This document shows, in pieces, positions 1-13,079 of a stretch of 64,000 bases of DNA; the first letter of the stretch is position 1; the number at the start of each line of letters is the position of its first letter. Below the pieces are notes generated by a model. The model was not told the origin of the DNA, did no database searches, and saw only the letters and a program-made list of their open reading frames with translations. Location: NCBI GenBank assembly GCA_951406725.2, contig OX597816.1, positions 177,258,001 through 177,322,000 of the forward strand, in the 5' to 3' direction. A program made the position numbers and the translations under genes. The DNA comes from Octopus vulgaris (Eukaryota).

Positions 1-497
1 GAGAACGACGGCTGCGGCACCAACAACCTGAATATCATCCGGCCACTAGAAAGTGACACTATCGTAGGGTGAATCTGCAGATTAAACATTAAATCTCGTT
101 CGAAATCATTGTTTTCACCCGTTTCGTGTTGTTCTCGCTGTAACATATTTGTTATAATTTGTTATTAAGAGTACCAGGGATCTTTTGACTGGTGCTCTGT
201 GATTATTTTGCCACGTAATTGATATTGTGCCTAAAACAAAGACGATCGTTTAGCATTTAAAAAAAATACATATACAAGATAACATCAACAACAGCCATGA
301 AGGGAGCATCGAAGGGAAGAACCGTTCCTCTCACCAGCCCTCTTACTGCCTAAGATTTTCCTTCTCTTCCTTCAGCCATTCCAGTCCATGACTGAGTTGA
401 CGTGAGAGAACGACGGCTGCGGCACCAACAACCTGAATATCATCCGGCCACTAGAAAGTGACACTATCGTAGGGTGAATCAGCAGATTAAACATTAC
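1..497 (+). repeat. Direct repeat of >=91 bp (1-91 and 407-497; period 406) upstream of the L1/Tx1-like element
   Basis: GAGAACGACGGCTGCGGCACC...GCAGATTAAACATTA occurs twice with one mismatch; possibly 5'UTR monomers. Confidence 0.85.
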
Positions 498-498
498 C

Positions 499-732
499 TA
501 TTTCTTTATTACTCACAAGGGGCTAAACATAGAGGGGACAAACATGGACAGACATAGGTATTAAGTCGATTATATCGACCCCAGTGCTTAACTGGTACTT
601 AATTTATCGACCCCGAAAGGATGAAAGGCAAAGTCGACCTCGGCGGAATTTGAACTCACAACGTAACGACAGCCGAAATACCGCTAAGCATTTCGCCCGA
701 CGTGCTAACGATTCTGCCAGCTCGCCGCCTTA
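499..732 (-). mobile_element. tRNA-derived SINE family A (Nin/Deu-like domain), 16-bp TSD
   Basis: Minus strand: B box GAGTTCAAATTCC and GCCTTTCATCCTTTCGGGGTCGATAAA; TSD CAGATTAAACATTACC at 483-498 and 733-748. Confidence 0.85.
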
Positions 733-1199
733 CAGATTAAACATTACCACCACCCTACTACTATCACCAGTAGTAGCCCTACGTTAAGCATGCCGAAGGA
801 CAACGGAGAGAGTGCAAACAAGAGCAAACCCACTTCCACCGCCACCTCCACCACCACCACCACCACCACCACCACTATCATTGCCGTCACATGCACAAGC
901 ACAAATACAACGTAAACAGCAGCCGTTGTTATTTCTATATCGAATGGGTACGGTTTCGCACAAGCATGTCGACTGGAGAAAGATGACGTGTCAGAAAAAA
1001 CGTTAGGTGACGCCAAAGCGCATTTATCAAAGATTGGCAGAATACTATTTCTAAACACGCCGAAGTAATACGAGAAGATACTAAAAAAAAAAAAAAGGAA
1101 GAAAGAAAAAGAAAAAGGACAAACTATTATCTACAAGTATATTTCAAGAAAAGCCAGGAGACTGGAGCGAGCAGCGAAGGCCCAGATTAAAAAGTGCCT

Positions 1200-4100
1200 A
1201 AAACAAGTCTGGGGATAAAAACTTATGTCGTCTGTGGGAAACGCTTTAGCACAGTTGAGGTGAGATTCCCAGTTGAAGAAAAAGCCAAAGAAAGTGCAAA
1301 AACAACCCGCAAAATAAAGAACTGTGGCTCATTCCGCCATACCTCGATCGGGGATATGTTAAAATAAAGGTAGCAAGGGTACCACCAGAAGTGAACATCT
1401 TTTTACTGGCATCGAGATTAAAACAACAATTATCCCAGTGCGCAAAATGTGAAAGGAAATTTGGTCAGGCATGGGAATAGAATTATCGATACAGGACGAT
1501 TGGTTAAGTATCGAAGTTATTCCTGATCTAACCAACCTCCCTAACGGTATACAGCTATTCGTAGTTGTCGAGGACAGAAAGCCGGGATTTCACATTTGTG
1601 GCGAGACAAACCACTTAAAGGTTTCTGCCCAATGCAAAGAACAGGAAAAAAACTACCGCTGCAGACACCTCAAAAACAACAACAACATCAACATCAAAAG
1701 CAACAGCAATAGAATCACCACTACCACCACCACCACCACCACTAACAACAATAACAACTACGACAACAACAATAGCATCAGTGCCAAGAGCAGCAGCATC
1801 CGAAAGAACAACAACATGAAGAGAAGGAGCAGCAGGAGAGATTCATTCAAAATTAGCAGCAAGCACTGTTACAGCACACACACAAAAAATATCAATAACA
1901 TCACCTATACTATCGCAACCGAAAAAAGCCTCACCCATACCAGTCGACCAGACCCCAACTTAGAAATGCACGACTGTGCAGACATAATTCCACCGCCTCT
2001 TTCCACAGATTTCTCTGTGTGTGAAGACTCGTCTTGCAGGAAAACTACCAGAATGGTAAAAATTACAAAATGTAAAGTGCGATACAAGACTGAAGACACA
2101 GTATGAAAGATTAGAGGGGAGGGGGGGCACAGAAAGCAACAAACCATCACACACCCACACTCTCTTTACCAACGCAATTACCAACATCTCCGACACAACA
2201 GACACCACCAACATTACAAACACCTCAACAAACGGAAACATATCAATCCTGACAAAAAACATGCACAACCCTCCCAAAGCATCATGAGTTATACGGCTTT
2301 TGACACAAACAACAAGAACTTAATAAAGCATATTGAAACATACATTACTCACCGCATAATACACCGATTCACATAAAAAATAGAACGCAACAACAAACTA
2401 ACCGAAGAAAAACATCCCAAGGGAATGGAAGATTTCCGTGGAACATAAACAAAGAAAGGCTTTTGCAGACACCCACAAATTCTTCCCACAGAAATAGGGT
2501 AAGTGATTTTCTTCACACTCCTCTCCCAGAAACATCGCCTTGCTCAGAATAGTCAGAATGAATGCACGTGGCCTAGGCTCGCCTTAGAAACAAGGCGACC
2601 TACTCAATGACCACAGCTCACTAAGTATAGATGTCGTGGCTGTCAAGGAGACCACATTTTCTAATCGACAAGCTTTGATGCTCATTTTCGGTGGATACGA
2701 GATTTACTTATCTCCATGTAATCCGGGAATGGGGGTAGGTGAAACTGCAATGTTCCTGAAAGGTTTGCATCTCAAGACAAGAGCCATCTTCCTGTATCCA
2801 GAAACTATGTAGGTGGTACTGGATGTCAACAGTAGCGACAGGGGTGCTTTCAAAATGTTGGATATCTGTGCTTCAACAGGGGCAGGACAGCCGGATTTCT
2901 TCAGACGCCTGGAGGTTTTTCTGGGAACGTCTCGAACTTTGGTGTCAATGGGTGACTGAAACTGTCTTGGACGCATGTTTATACTGAGTGGGGCTTTCTA
3001 TTAGAAGAGAGAGGGAGACTTTTACCTGAATTTCCTGAATGTGTCAGTGTGGACATGGGCGAACCCCATCGGGTCACTTAGGCCATATCTAGATAGAATC
3101 GGCTGTAGGCCAGGAGATAAGGATAGCATAAGTTGCCACTTTTCAAAATTTTCGGCTACACACACCACAAGATTGTGATCTGCACGGTCGATATAGGTAG
3201 GCTTCGTAGGACCCAACTACTGGAAGCTGAACGCGTCATTCCAGGCGTGACAAGCTTACAGAGACCGGGTTAGAGAAATAGTTAAGCGGGCGTTGAAGGG
3301 ATTAATAGTCAACAACAAATGATGGTTTTCCTTAAAAAGGGCAACAAGAGTAGAACCGAAAACGTTTAGCAAGGCATAGAAAGAAGTAGAATAGAAGGAG
3401 TCTTAGAAACTTAAATGAGGCGCTTAGGAAAGGTATTACAACCACGTGCTCGTGGCAAGATTATCCGTGGACCATTTCTTCAACGCTGAGCAAGAAGGAT
3501 GTATTGTTAGAGCCAAGGCGCCTGCTTTAAGAAACGAGGGAACAAAAGCCGCTCAATGAGCCCGAGTTGATGAGGCGTAACATGGCTGCAAAGCCACAAT
3601 TCGGTCTTTTGGGGACAAAAATTGGCACCTAGTACTCGATCTCGAGCAGATGCGTGCAGTTCTGATCAGCTTGGATCAATCAAAACCCTTCAACAGTGTC
3701 AACCACCAATACTTGGCGGTCGTTCTCAAGGTGACTGGTTTCGGTCCCGTTTTTCGCGGTCCGATTGCCGTAGTGTACAACATCTGCTCGGTAGTTCGGA
3801 TGAATGGTTATGTGTCGGAACCGTTCAGCATCATGCACTCGTCTGTCATGGGTGCCTCACTTCGTCTCTTCTGTATGTACTGGCTCTATAGCCACTGCTG
3901 CAGAAATTGGAGTCGTTGGAAGGCATTCCATGCAAACTAGGACGTCGGAGAACTGTGTCGGCATGGCGGACGACATTACTGCCATAGTTGGTACTGGTCT
4001 AAAAGAATACGAGACGGTGACAGGTGCCAAAATTAATCAAGAAAGTCAGTGGGTTTGTAGATCGGGGTGCTGGACGGAGGGACCGGTTAAACTGCTCGGA

Positions 4101-6200
4101 GTCTGGTTTGATCCGGATCCTTAAGAGAAGAAAAAATGGGACGAGGTGACAAGCAGAGTCGCCAATCTCACCCAGAAATGGGCTGAAAAAAGTTATCTTT
4201 GAGGTCGGGCAGAGGTGGCAAATGCATACATCGCCTCCGTCATATACTACCGCTTCGCCGTCGTGCCTTGCCATAGTTTATGTCGGACTAGCAGTATAGC
4301 CCGGCTTTGCTCGGGATTAAGTTAGGATTATTAAGCTAATCAAGCTCTTTATTTCTAAGCAAACTAATTAACATCGACGTCAAATTTGAGTGAAATCCGT
4401 TGAAATTGGTAAACTTTTGGCTGAAATTTTGCTGACAATTTGATTGGGAAACCCCATAAGGAATTGGTTTATCGATTTTTTCCCACTCATCGATTGTTTT
4501 TTTTTTTTTCATTTTTGGAGAACTTAAAGCATTCAAAGATCCCACGGGTCCTAAGTAATGCTGGCATCAAGTTTGAACAAACTACATCAAAATTGGTAGA
4601 CGTTATGGTTGAAAAGAGTCAGATCTCTCCTTTCGAAAACATGGACAGTTTCGAAACATTGTTTACAAAATGCAAATTTGTAAACACCCAGGCGTAAGTT
4701 TTGTAAGTGGAATAGAGAGACCTACCTTCTCTCACAGAGATTTGAGAGTCAGATCTCTCCTTTCGAAAACATGAACAGTTTTAAACATTGTTTACAAAAT
4801 AATAGCTGATCGTTTGCGAAGGACCGTGTCTAGTCAACACGTAGGTCTTTTGCTCTGATAACCTCTGTTCTTTCCCATGTTCACGCACGACCAGCTATAT
4901 ATCGCTATGAGTGGAGCAACGGATTCAGCTAATTTAGAAATTAGTTGTGGAGAAACGGAGAATATCGTTTATATTGTGTATAACACACACACATTGCATA
5001 CATATGTTTTGTACGCATACATGTTCGTGTGTGTGTGTATGACTGAAGCCATTCACATATACATACATACATACATACATACATACATACATACATACAT
5101 TCACACATACATACATACATACATATATACATACATAACAGCACCTCTCTGTCTGTTTTTGCCTGTCAATCACTCAGTAAAAAGACGAAATTTTAAAAAT
5201 ATGTTATCTCTCTCTCTCTCTCTCTTCCTCTCCCTCCCTCTCTTTACCCCGTCGCTAGAAGGGGGCTTAAATCATGTTTGTATAAATAACGGTGGATTTC
5301 TCCGCCGTGAAAATTGTTAAGTTATGGTCGAAAATATATTTTTACCGCTATTCGCTGGTGCCTCGGGGGAAAATAATTTAACGAAAATACAGCTAGGGTC
5401 CTGACGAATGTCCTCCTAAAATTGGAGCGACATGCGTGCTAATTTGTGGACGTGCATAAATTACATTCACGTACACACACACACACATCCTACCTTTTAT
5501 ATATATACAGATAAAACTGGAGTGCATACTCTTCCGCTTTCTGTAGAAGGCACGCATTTCACTGGTCAGGTGCTCAATTTGCTGTCAGCACTTGCTGAAT
5601 CTAGCATGGCCTGAAAGCTGATGTACAAACATGTGCTGAGGCTACATCTCCAGCGCTTCCTCGACGATGAGCCGGTGTGGTCGCCGTTTGACAGATTCAC
5701 TCTTCCGCAGCTCGTCCCTTTGACTGAGCTGCAGTCCTGGATCAAGCATAGACCGAAGCAGGGTACCTAGCACCTAGAGTACCCCAGGCGCTCACAATCC
5801 TTTGTCAGTCGGGCAATGCGGTTGGTGGAAGTTCCACTTTGGCGTTCTATAGAGAGTTAGTGGCGGGCTCGTGCGACGACGTTCTCGGGGAGAATGTGGA
5901 TGTTGATGAGAATCAGCTGGCTGGTCTATAGATAATTTCCAGCAATCTCTGATCTTGCAGTGCTGCCGGACATATTTCCAGTTGAAGATAAACTCCACAG
6001 GCATGGAAGTGCCACCTGCCGGATCTACTCGGAAGGTGTGCAGAGCGACGAAGGAATTATAAAATGCCCGAGCGTTGTTGGTTTGAGGGTTAATGTTGAA
6101 CAGCTTCGGAATCTGTAGTACGGATCTGGCTATTGGCTGAGTTCATTGTGAAGATCGTTTCAGCGCCTAGCTTTGGCCAGAAGGACAGACAGTGTTTGGT
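1200..6200 (+). mobile_element. Decayed L1/Tx1-like LINE (ORF1 zinc-knuckle remnant, APE endonuclease, RT), interrupted by a Helitron
   Basis: ORF1 'HICGETNHL' (~1590); APE start 'RIVRMNARGL' (~2545); RT 'LISLDQSKPFNSVNHQYL', 'MADDIT', 'VKLLGVWF'; many stops and frameshifts; ends approximate. Confidence 0.8.
4288..5511 (-). mobile_element. Non-autonomous Helitron inserted at A^T in the LINE
   Basis: Minus strand starts TC (5511) and ends CCCGAGCAAAGCCGGG hairpin + CTAG (4288); no TSD; removing it restores LINE reading CGG ATA AAA CTG GAG (RIKLE). Confidence 0.85.
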
Positions 6201-6424
6201 GCTTTAACGAAAGACGTGTGGTGGACCAGGTTGAAAGGATTGAAGACACTTGAAAAGGAATGTGAGGGAAAAGAAGAGGGAAATGATGCCTTCCAGTCAA
6301 GTTATTGATCGTTGGGTGGAAGGATAGTCCGAGTAAACGAGTCTGCTCTTTTGTCCATTACCTTATGCTTTTATAATTCCTTCGTTTTGAAGTTTCTATT
6401 CATTAGTTATCATTATTCAAGTAT

Positions 6425-7164
6425 TCAGTCTTTGGTCATATTCTTGTCTGTTGGTGGTTTTACTCGAAGGAGATATTTGCGAAGTGTTGTATTACTCTTG
6501 AATACTGTCCTGATGTCATATGGGCCGCTTATCTTTTGTATCTTTTCGGAGAGGCCTTTCACATAGAGTAGACAGACTGTAGACAGTTTATTGGCCTCAT
6601 CCTCTCTTTTCTTCATAATTGGAGTGGATTGTATGTTTTTGGGGTAGTTGTTACTTAGCTTGATCATTTCTTCGTGCTGGGTATCACGATCACTACTTAT
6701 ATTATTTGCTCAATGTTTTAAGCACTGAGCAGTCCCTCTCTTTACACTGTATGGATAGTGGGAATTGAAGCTGAGGTGTAGTCCAGTAAAGGTCGGCTTG
6801 CGGTATACGGATGTCCTGAATCCTTACTTGGTGCTTGTTATTAATACACCCAGGAATGCCAGCTGATTGTCTTTTTCCTTTTCCATTGTAAACTATATGG
6901 ATGGCTTTATTGAGTTCACATGATCTAACAGCATTTAGACATCTTCCTGGTGGGCCAGAGTATAAAGGTGTCACCAACATATCGCAACCCTAGGGTTGGT
7001 TTTAGTAGTGTTGATCCTAAAGCCAAGTTCTCGAAGTATTCCACGTATATATTGGCTATTATCGGTGATAATGGCGAACTCATAGCTAAACCCTCTTCTT
7101 GTCGATATATATCAGTGTCCATACTGAAGTAGGTAGTTTCTACACAGAAGGTCAACATTTCCAA
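6425..7164 (-). mobile_element. Penelope-like element RT/thumb fragment (inverted part)
   Basis: 'YRQEEGLAMSSPLSPIIANIYVE', 'RYVGDTF', 'YVKGLSEKIQKI...VFKSNTTLRKYL'. Confidence 0.85.
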
Positions 7165-7645
7165 ATCGGGTATAGCTGATCATGTATGGAATAATGGAGA
7201 CCACCTCCTCCTGTGGGATGAAGTTAAAATGATAGAGAACAACACTGGAAAATAGGAAAACTAAAAGAAGCAGCACATATGCTAGGACACAACAACCTCC
7301 TAAGGAGACTGAGTGCAGATAGGAATAGCATATGAGAACCGGTATTAAGGAAGGATAGGAAAATATAAAATTTATAAGCCCTAAAATTCACTCCATATTT
7401 GCCCACGTAGTGGCTAAGAGCGCACGCTACTAACCCCAAGATTCTGAGTTCGATTCCAGGTAGTGACCTGAATAATAATAATAATAATATTAACATCGAA
7501 AAATACCTTAGCAATGAGAGCCCAGGTTCAAAATATTCCCAAGACACCTGATGAAGGCTGGAAGGTATATCAGCCGAAACGTTGTGTTAACAACAAACAA
7601 GATGAGGACAAATATTCGTCAAATGTAAATAATGTAAATAATGTA
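7165..7645 (+). mobile_element. Penelope-like element 3' part: GIY-YIG C-terminus and pLTR-like tail
   Basis: 'SGIADHVWNNGDH..LWDEVKMI...WKIGKLKEAAHM'; tail carries a tRNA-like head on the minus strand (~7400-7470) and a hammerhead motif. Confidence 0.75.
7543..7588 (+). ncRNA. Minimal type I hammerhead ribozyme motif
   Basis: gacac-CTGATGA-a-ggctg..cagcc-GAAA-cgtt-gtgtt; stem I gacac/gtgtt; palindromic AACGTT stem III. Confidence 0.8.
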
Positions 7646-7688
7646 AAAAGAGATGATATTTGATTAGAATTCGAAGTTTTTAAGTTCC

Positions 7689-7906
7689 TTACTCTCTTTT
7701 ACTTGTTTCAGTCATTTTGACTGCGGCGATACTGGAGCACCGCCTTTAGTCGAGCAAATCGACCCCAGGACCTATTCTTTATAAGCCTAGTACTTATTCT
7801 ATCGGTCTCTTTTGCCGAACCGCTATGTTACAGGGACGTAAACATACCAGCATCGGTTGTCAAGCAATGTTGGGGACACACACAGACACACAAACATATA
7901 CACACA

Positions 7907-7959
<53 letters not shown>

Positions 7960-8117
7960 GACGGGCTTCTTTCAGTGTCTGTCTACCAAATCCACTCACA
8001 AGGCTTTGGTCGGCCTGAGGCTATAGTAGAAGACACTTGCCCAAGGTGCCATGCAGTGGGACTGAACCCGGAACTACGTGGTTGGTCAGCAAGCTACTTA
8101 CCACACAGCCACTCCTT
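7689..8117 (-). mobile_element. tRNA/CORE-like SINE family B with internal microsatellite
   Basis: GGTTCAGTCCCAC..CCTTGGGCAAGTGTCTT head, central (TA)n/(TG)n, GTAAAAGA-type tail. Confidence 0.85.
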
Positions 8118-9807
8118 CTTAACAACTTGACAATTTCCTGTCAATGGATAGTCAGAATCAAAAGAGCGACAGGGAAAAATACTTAGTCATATTTAGTTAT
8201 AGCCTTTAAAGTTCTCAGTCCCTGAGTAGTAAACTTAATCTGTTGACTGGTTTCACATCACTACAGGTACACTGGGTTCGTGTTGCAAGCATTCAGGCCA
8301 GGTTTTCGGTGTCCCCCCCCTCTCATTTGTCCTGTGAATGGTCATGAGCACTGCCTTCACTCCTGATTAAAAAAATAACTAAAGCCATAGCCGAAATTAA
8401 CTTTGCTATTTAGTCATGTGAGATCGATAAAATAAAGTACAGTGTAAGTACGGTCATGAAAGAAATTAATATTTATTAGATTCCCATTTCTCAAAGTCTA
8501 TATCCCATCAGAATGGTCAGTGGTCCATGTAGTTAATAGTTTTCAACTAATCTGCTTCATGAATTTACATGGGGAATTAACTATGTTCTCCTTTCTCGAA
8601 ACATTAATATTTTCTACTGGGTCTCCGTTCCCTTGTTTATCCTATTTGTTTTGATACTTTTAAAAAAAATGTTGTCGTTTTGTTATAAGTAGAGTATGAA
8701 GATCTTTAATCTTCATACCACACCATTGTCTCTTCCTTTTACATGTTATAAGCAAGCACACGATCAACATAGATTTGTGAAACTCAATTTCTTCTCGCTG
8801 TCTTCCAATAAGCTTTCTTGACCAGCAGTTCAAGATGCTAAAATCTTCTTTGTCATTAGATCAGAAACTGCTGATTTCCTTGTAGTAATTACTTCTATAA
8901 TCATGTATAATTTGATGGAAGAATAGATAAATTTGCCGTATGTATATCGTAGGGAAAACTTCATTTTGTCAGATGATTCAGAAAATGAAATTTTTCAAAT
9001 GCAATTTGAAAACCAAAAAGATAACGTCAGCATCAGAAGTAATACATAAAGAACATCCAATTATACATCAAGAAAACATTTTATGGGAAGTAATGAAGTA
9101 AGGAACAGTCACACAAATTCAAATCTTTTAAAAAGTGAACCAGGGTAGAATATTAATTATATGATAATGGATTTTTATCATATTTATTTGGGTTAATAAA
9201 ATTTACTGCACAGCTGAAGGTACTTTTCTAAGCGATATCAATTAGAAAGCGAATAGTATTAAACGGTTGCATGCATTAATTTCATAGAAACAGATTGTTT
9301 ATATAAATCTGTATTCAAACTAGTATTGTCGATAGGATACTTGTTTTAACCGAAGTCGATAATCAAAACCCTATTAGTTTTGGTATTGATAATACTTCAC
9401 GAATTTTGAAGTATTATGCTGTTTCGTGTAATTATCTAAGAAAAATACCAAAGAGTTAAAAAGGAAGAGAAGAAAAAATAAATAAAAGTACATATATTTA
9501 CTCGTCTGAGATAGTGCAAAACTTATGAATGTAGTATTAATGTAGTATGTTGCTACAACAAAATGATAGAAAATCCATTTCGCATATTTATAGGCTGAAG
9601 TGTATGTTAAAGCTATGTCGGGATATATTCTTTATTCCTACTTATATTCAGTTCTGGCTATCATTGTAGCCAATCTTTTATTTTCGACTTTTTGTTATAA
9701 CTTCACTGACTGCGCACAATGAAGAGAGAAAATTCTTGTGCTTGTTGATCGGCTGTTCTTCGAGTAAGCGAAATTATCTGCGTATAACTAATAAAAAAAA
9801 GTAGATC

Positions 9808-9879
9808 TCATTTACACCAGTTGCCAAAAATAACACCTCTGCCGGTCTGTTCGTTCTCCTCTGGCTGTATATCAAATAA
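9808..9879 (-). CDS. Putative terminal coding exon LFDIQPEENEQTGRGVIFGNWCK*
   Basis: Acceptor TTTTTTTATTACAG, phase 0, open to TGA; unique sequence; phase matches exon 14078-14177. Confidence 0.55.
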   Translation of the reverse strand, partial: LFDIQPEENEQTGRGVIFGNWCK

Positions 9880-10734
9880 CTGTAATAAAAAAATACACAT
9901 TTGTGCTCGCACACTTGTTCAGCGTTGTGCCTGACAGATGTGATATTTGATGAGTTTGAAGTTAGAGCAACTGTAGCAAAGTTATGCACCAATAAAGCTC
10001 ATGTTCCAAAAATTACAACAGTTTTTTCCCCCCCTCAAACCCTGTACTACTCATTTTACTCATTTATCATTCTAAATTTTAACTTTTCTTTGATTACCAC
10101 TCCATTTCTCACATTTATGCCACCTATTAAGATCAAATACACTATTAGGTTAAAAAGTTGTCACCTTAAACTTGTTATTTCAACTATTACTAGAAGGCAT
10201 CTCTTTTAACTGAAAGGTCCACTGGATGTAAAAATTTAACATTTCTTTCACCAGTGATATAGTATATTTATCTGTCATAAATTCTGTCCGGATTAGCATA
10301 AGTTTCACATAATGAAACATACTGATAATTATATAAACTCCGAGAAAGTATTTTTTCCCCAAAACAGTAAAGTTAATTTTGCCTTTTCTTTACAACAGTA
10401 GATTTTAGATATGTAAGCATTATTTGTCAAAATGTATATCTACAATTTAAGAGAACAAACAGAATCTCTCAACATGTTATAAAAATTGTTTTAGCTGTTC
10501 ATAACTAACATTCGAATTTATGGTCTGGTTTCCATCAAAAATGGAAATCAGGTCATCTCAGCATTTATGGCGTTGTGGTGCTGATTTGTGTTTACTCGGT
10601 TTAAAGTTCTTTCTATTCTTTCTTTTTATGTAAGGATTTACATAATTATGTAAATTATGTAGGGCTTCAGATTACGCAAAAAAATCAATACTAATGTTTT
10701 CATACACAAAAATATATGCGTCTTCATTCTAGTT

Positions 10735-11280
10735 TAGGCTCAAGGCCATGCAGTTTTAAGCAGAGAAGTTTAGTCCATACCATCGATCCCAGTACTTGAC
10801 TGGTAATTTATTTTATCAGAATGCAAAAAGCCAGAACAAACAATGGTCAGAAAATTTTTCCGGTTCACAACAATTCTGCCAATGACTTGAAATACTGATT
10901 TAAAATTTTGGCACAAGGCCAGCAATTTCGGGAGAGTGAGTGTGTCGATTACATCGGCCCAGTGCTCAGCTGGTACTTATTTTATTAACCCCGAAAGGAT
11001 GAAAGGCAAAGTCAACCTCAACGGAATTTGAACTCAGAACGTGAAGACGGACGAAATGCTGCCAAGCATTTTACCCGGCGTGCTAACGATTCCGCCAGCT
11101 CGCCGCCTTAATGACTTGAAATATTTTTGGTTTCAAATTTTGGCACCAGGCTTGTAATTTCGGAGTCCAACTGCTACTTCGAAAGGATGAAAGGCAAAGT
11201 GGAACCTCGGCAGCATTTGAACTGAGAACTTCAAGTCGGAAGAAATGCTGTTCCCCATTCTGCCAGCTCACCGCCTTCAT
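10735..11280 (-). mobile_element. Cluster of three family A-type SINEs
   Basis: Middle copy ~10895-11109 flanked by TSD AATGACTTGAAATA; flanking copies degraded. Confidence 0.7.
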
Positions 11281-11571
11281 TTGAAATATCATTAAATTAG
11301 ATTATTTTACTTCAATTAGTAGATCGTTCATCTATATCCCCTTAATTTTTGCTTTTAAACATAGTAGGGAACAGTGTTGGTCCTAACAAAGAAAGCCAAA
11401 ATACATGTTTGTCTTTTCTTTTATATTTAGTTTGAGATAAAAGTGGAAAGCTGACAGAATCGTTAGCACGCCGGACAAAATGCGTAGTGGCATTTCGTCC
11501 GTCTTTACGCTCTGAGTTCAAATTCTGCCGAGGTTGACTTTGCCTTTCATCTTTTTGAGGTCGATAAAATG

Positions 11572-11954
11572 GGGAAGCACTCCGTCGGTTACGACGACGA
11601 GGGTTCCGGTTGATCCGATCAACGGAACAGCCTGCTCGTGAAATTAACGTGTAAGTGGCTGAGCACTCCACAGACACGTGTACCCTTAACGTAGTTCTCG
11701 GGGATATTCAGCGTGACACAGAGAGTGACAAGGCCGGCCCTTTGAAATACAGGTACAACAGAAACAGGAAGTAAGAGTGAGAGAAAGTTGTGGTGAAAGA
11801 GTACAGCAGGGATCACCACCATCCCCTGCCGGGGCCTCGTGGAGCTTTTAGGTGTTTTCGCTCAATAAACACTCACAGCCTCGTCTCGGAATCGAAACCA
11901 CGATCCTACGACCGCGAGTCCGCTGCCCTAACCACTGGTCCATTGCGCCTCCAC
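11572..11954 (-). mobile_element. tRNA-derived SINE family C nested in a family A SINE (~11443-12035, +)
   Basis: Head GTGGAGGCGCAATG..CAGTGGTTAGGGCAGCGG..GGTTTCGATTCC; TSD CGATAAAAT on both sides. Confidence 0.85.
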
Positions 11955-12116
11955 CGATAAAATAAGCACTGAGATCAATATAATTGGCTTATCTAGTTCC
12001 CCAGAATTGCTGGCCTTGAAGCAAAATTTGAAAGCATATTTTGAGATATAATTATTTTGATTTTACATCTTACCAAGCTCATTTTTGCTTTATTAGTTCT
12101 CAAGGTTCGTCTAAAT

Positions 12117-12570
12117 CAGGATTTCTCAATCATTGTTTTTTGTCTATAGACCTCTTTGATTACTATTTTATTCTGGTGGATCTCATAGCCTTGTTAAAAA
12201 ACTAGTTAAATAGACATCTCTTTAAAAAATTCTCACATTGATTTTCACAGATTAACTTGTGTAGTTTGAACTGTGTAAAATGTTTGAGAAAGAAACCCAG
12301 CTGTTTCTTGCAATACATACTAATCTATACATCCGAGGCAAAATTTTCGGCGGAGATAAAGAATACGTACACCACCCGTTTTCGGCATAATAAAAACTCT
12401 AAACCCTATCCCTAAACCCTAACCCTAAATACCGGGTGTACATATTCTTTACTTTCGCCAACTTTTCTCTGGGGCCCTTAGAATATTATTGTGGATCCCC
12501 AATGCTATAAGGACCCTCGGGGGCCTTGTAGGCCTACAGGGGTCACATAGACCCAGTTTGAGAACCACTG
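12117..12570. mobile_element. hAT (Charlie-like) MITE
   Basis: TIRs CAGGATTTCTCAA / TTGAGAACCACTG; 8-bp TSD GTCTAAAT/GTCGAAAT. Confidence 0.75.
12349..12459. mobile_element. 111-bp MITE (Merlin-like) with CCCTAA-like internal repeats, nested in the hAT MITE
   Basis: TIRs GGCGGAGATAAAGAATACGTACACC / GGTGTACATATTCTTTACTTTCGCC; 8-bp TSD AAATTTTC/AACTTTTC. Confidence 0.65.
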
Positions 12571-13024
12571 GTCGAAATGAAAGCCAGAAACCTACTGGAA
12601 GAAATTCATCCGCCTAAACTAATCCCCAGCAAAATGGCAACAGACTTTTTGTGCCCGATCTATGCACTTGTTAGCAGTTTAAAGCCCAAACAAAAAGCAA
12701 TTCCTTCAATTAACACTTAAATAAGTTATTTGATATTAGTATAATTATTTCTTAATTAATTTTCTTTGAAAAATAAACTAATAATATATTTCATGTGATT
12801 ACTTTTAAGTATTTCCATGTCATCTAATATGATTCTCTCCTTGTGTAAGTTTTGATTTTTATTTTAAATCACCATGAAAAATGGATTGGCTCTAGACTAA
12901 AAAAAAGACGGATTTGATAATATAGTCCCATATATGTATGTATGTATGTAAGTATGTATGTATGTATGTATGTATGTATGTATGTATGTATGTATGTATG
13001 TATGTATGTATGTATGTATGTATA

Positions 13025-13079
<55 letters not shown>

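Noticed and set aside
8690-9460. Possible piggyBac relic ('VDRVLAY..CKRKRQWWY'; AAAGAGTTAA)
   Set aside because: Too degraded and no second TIR found.
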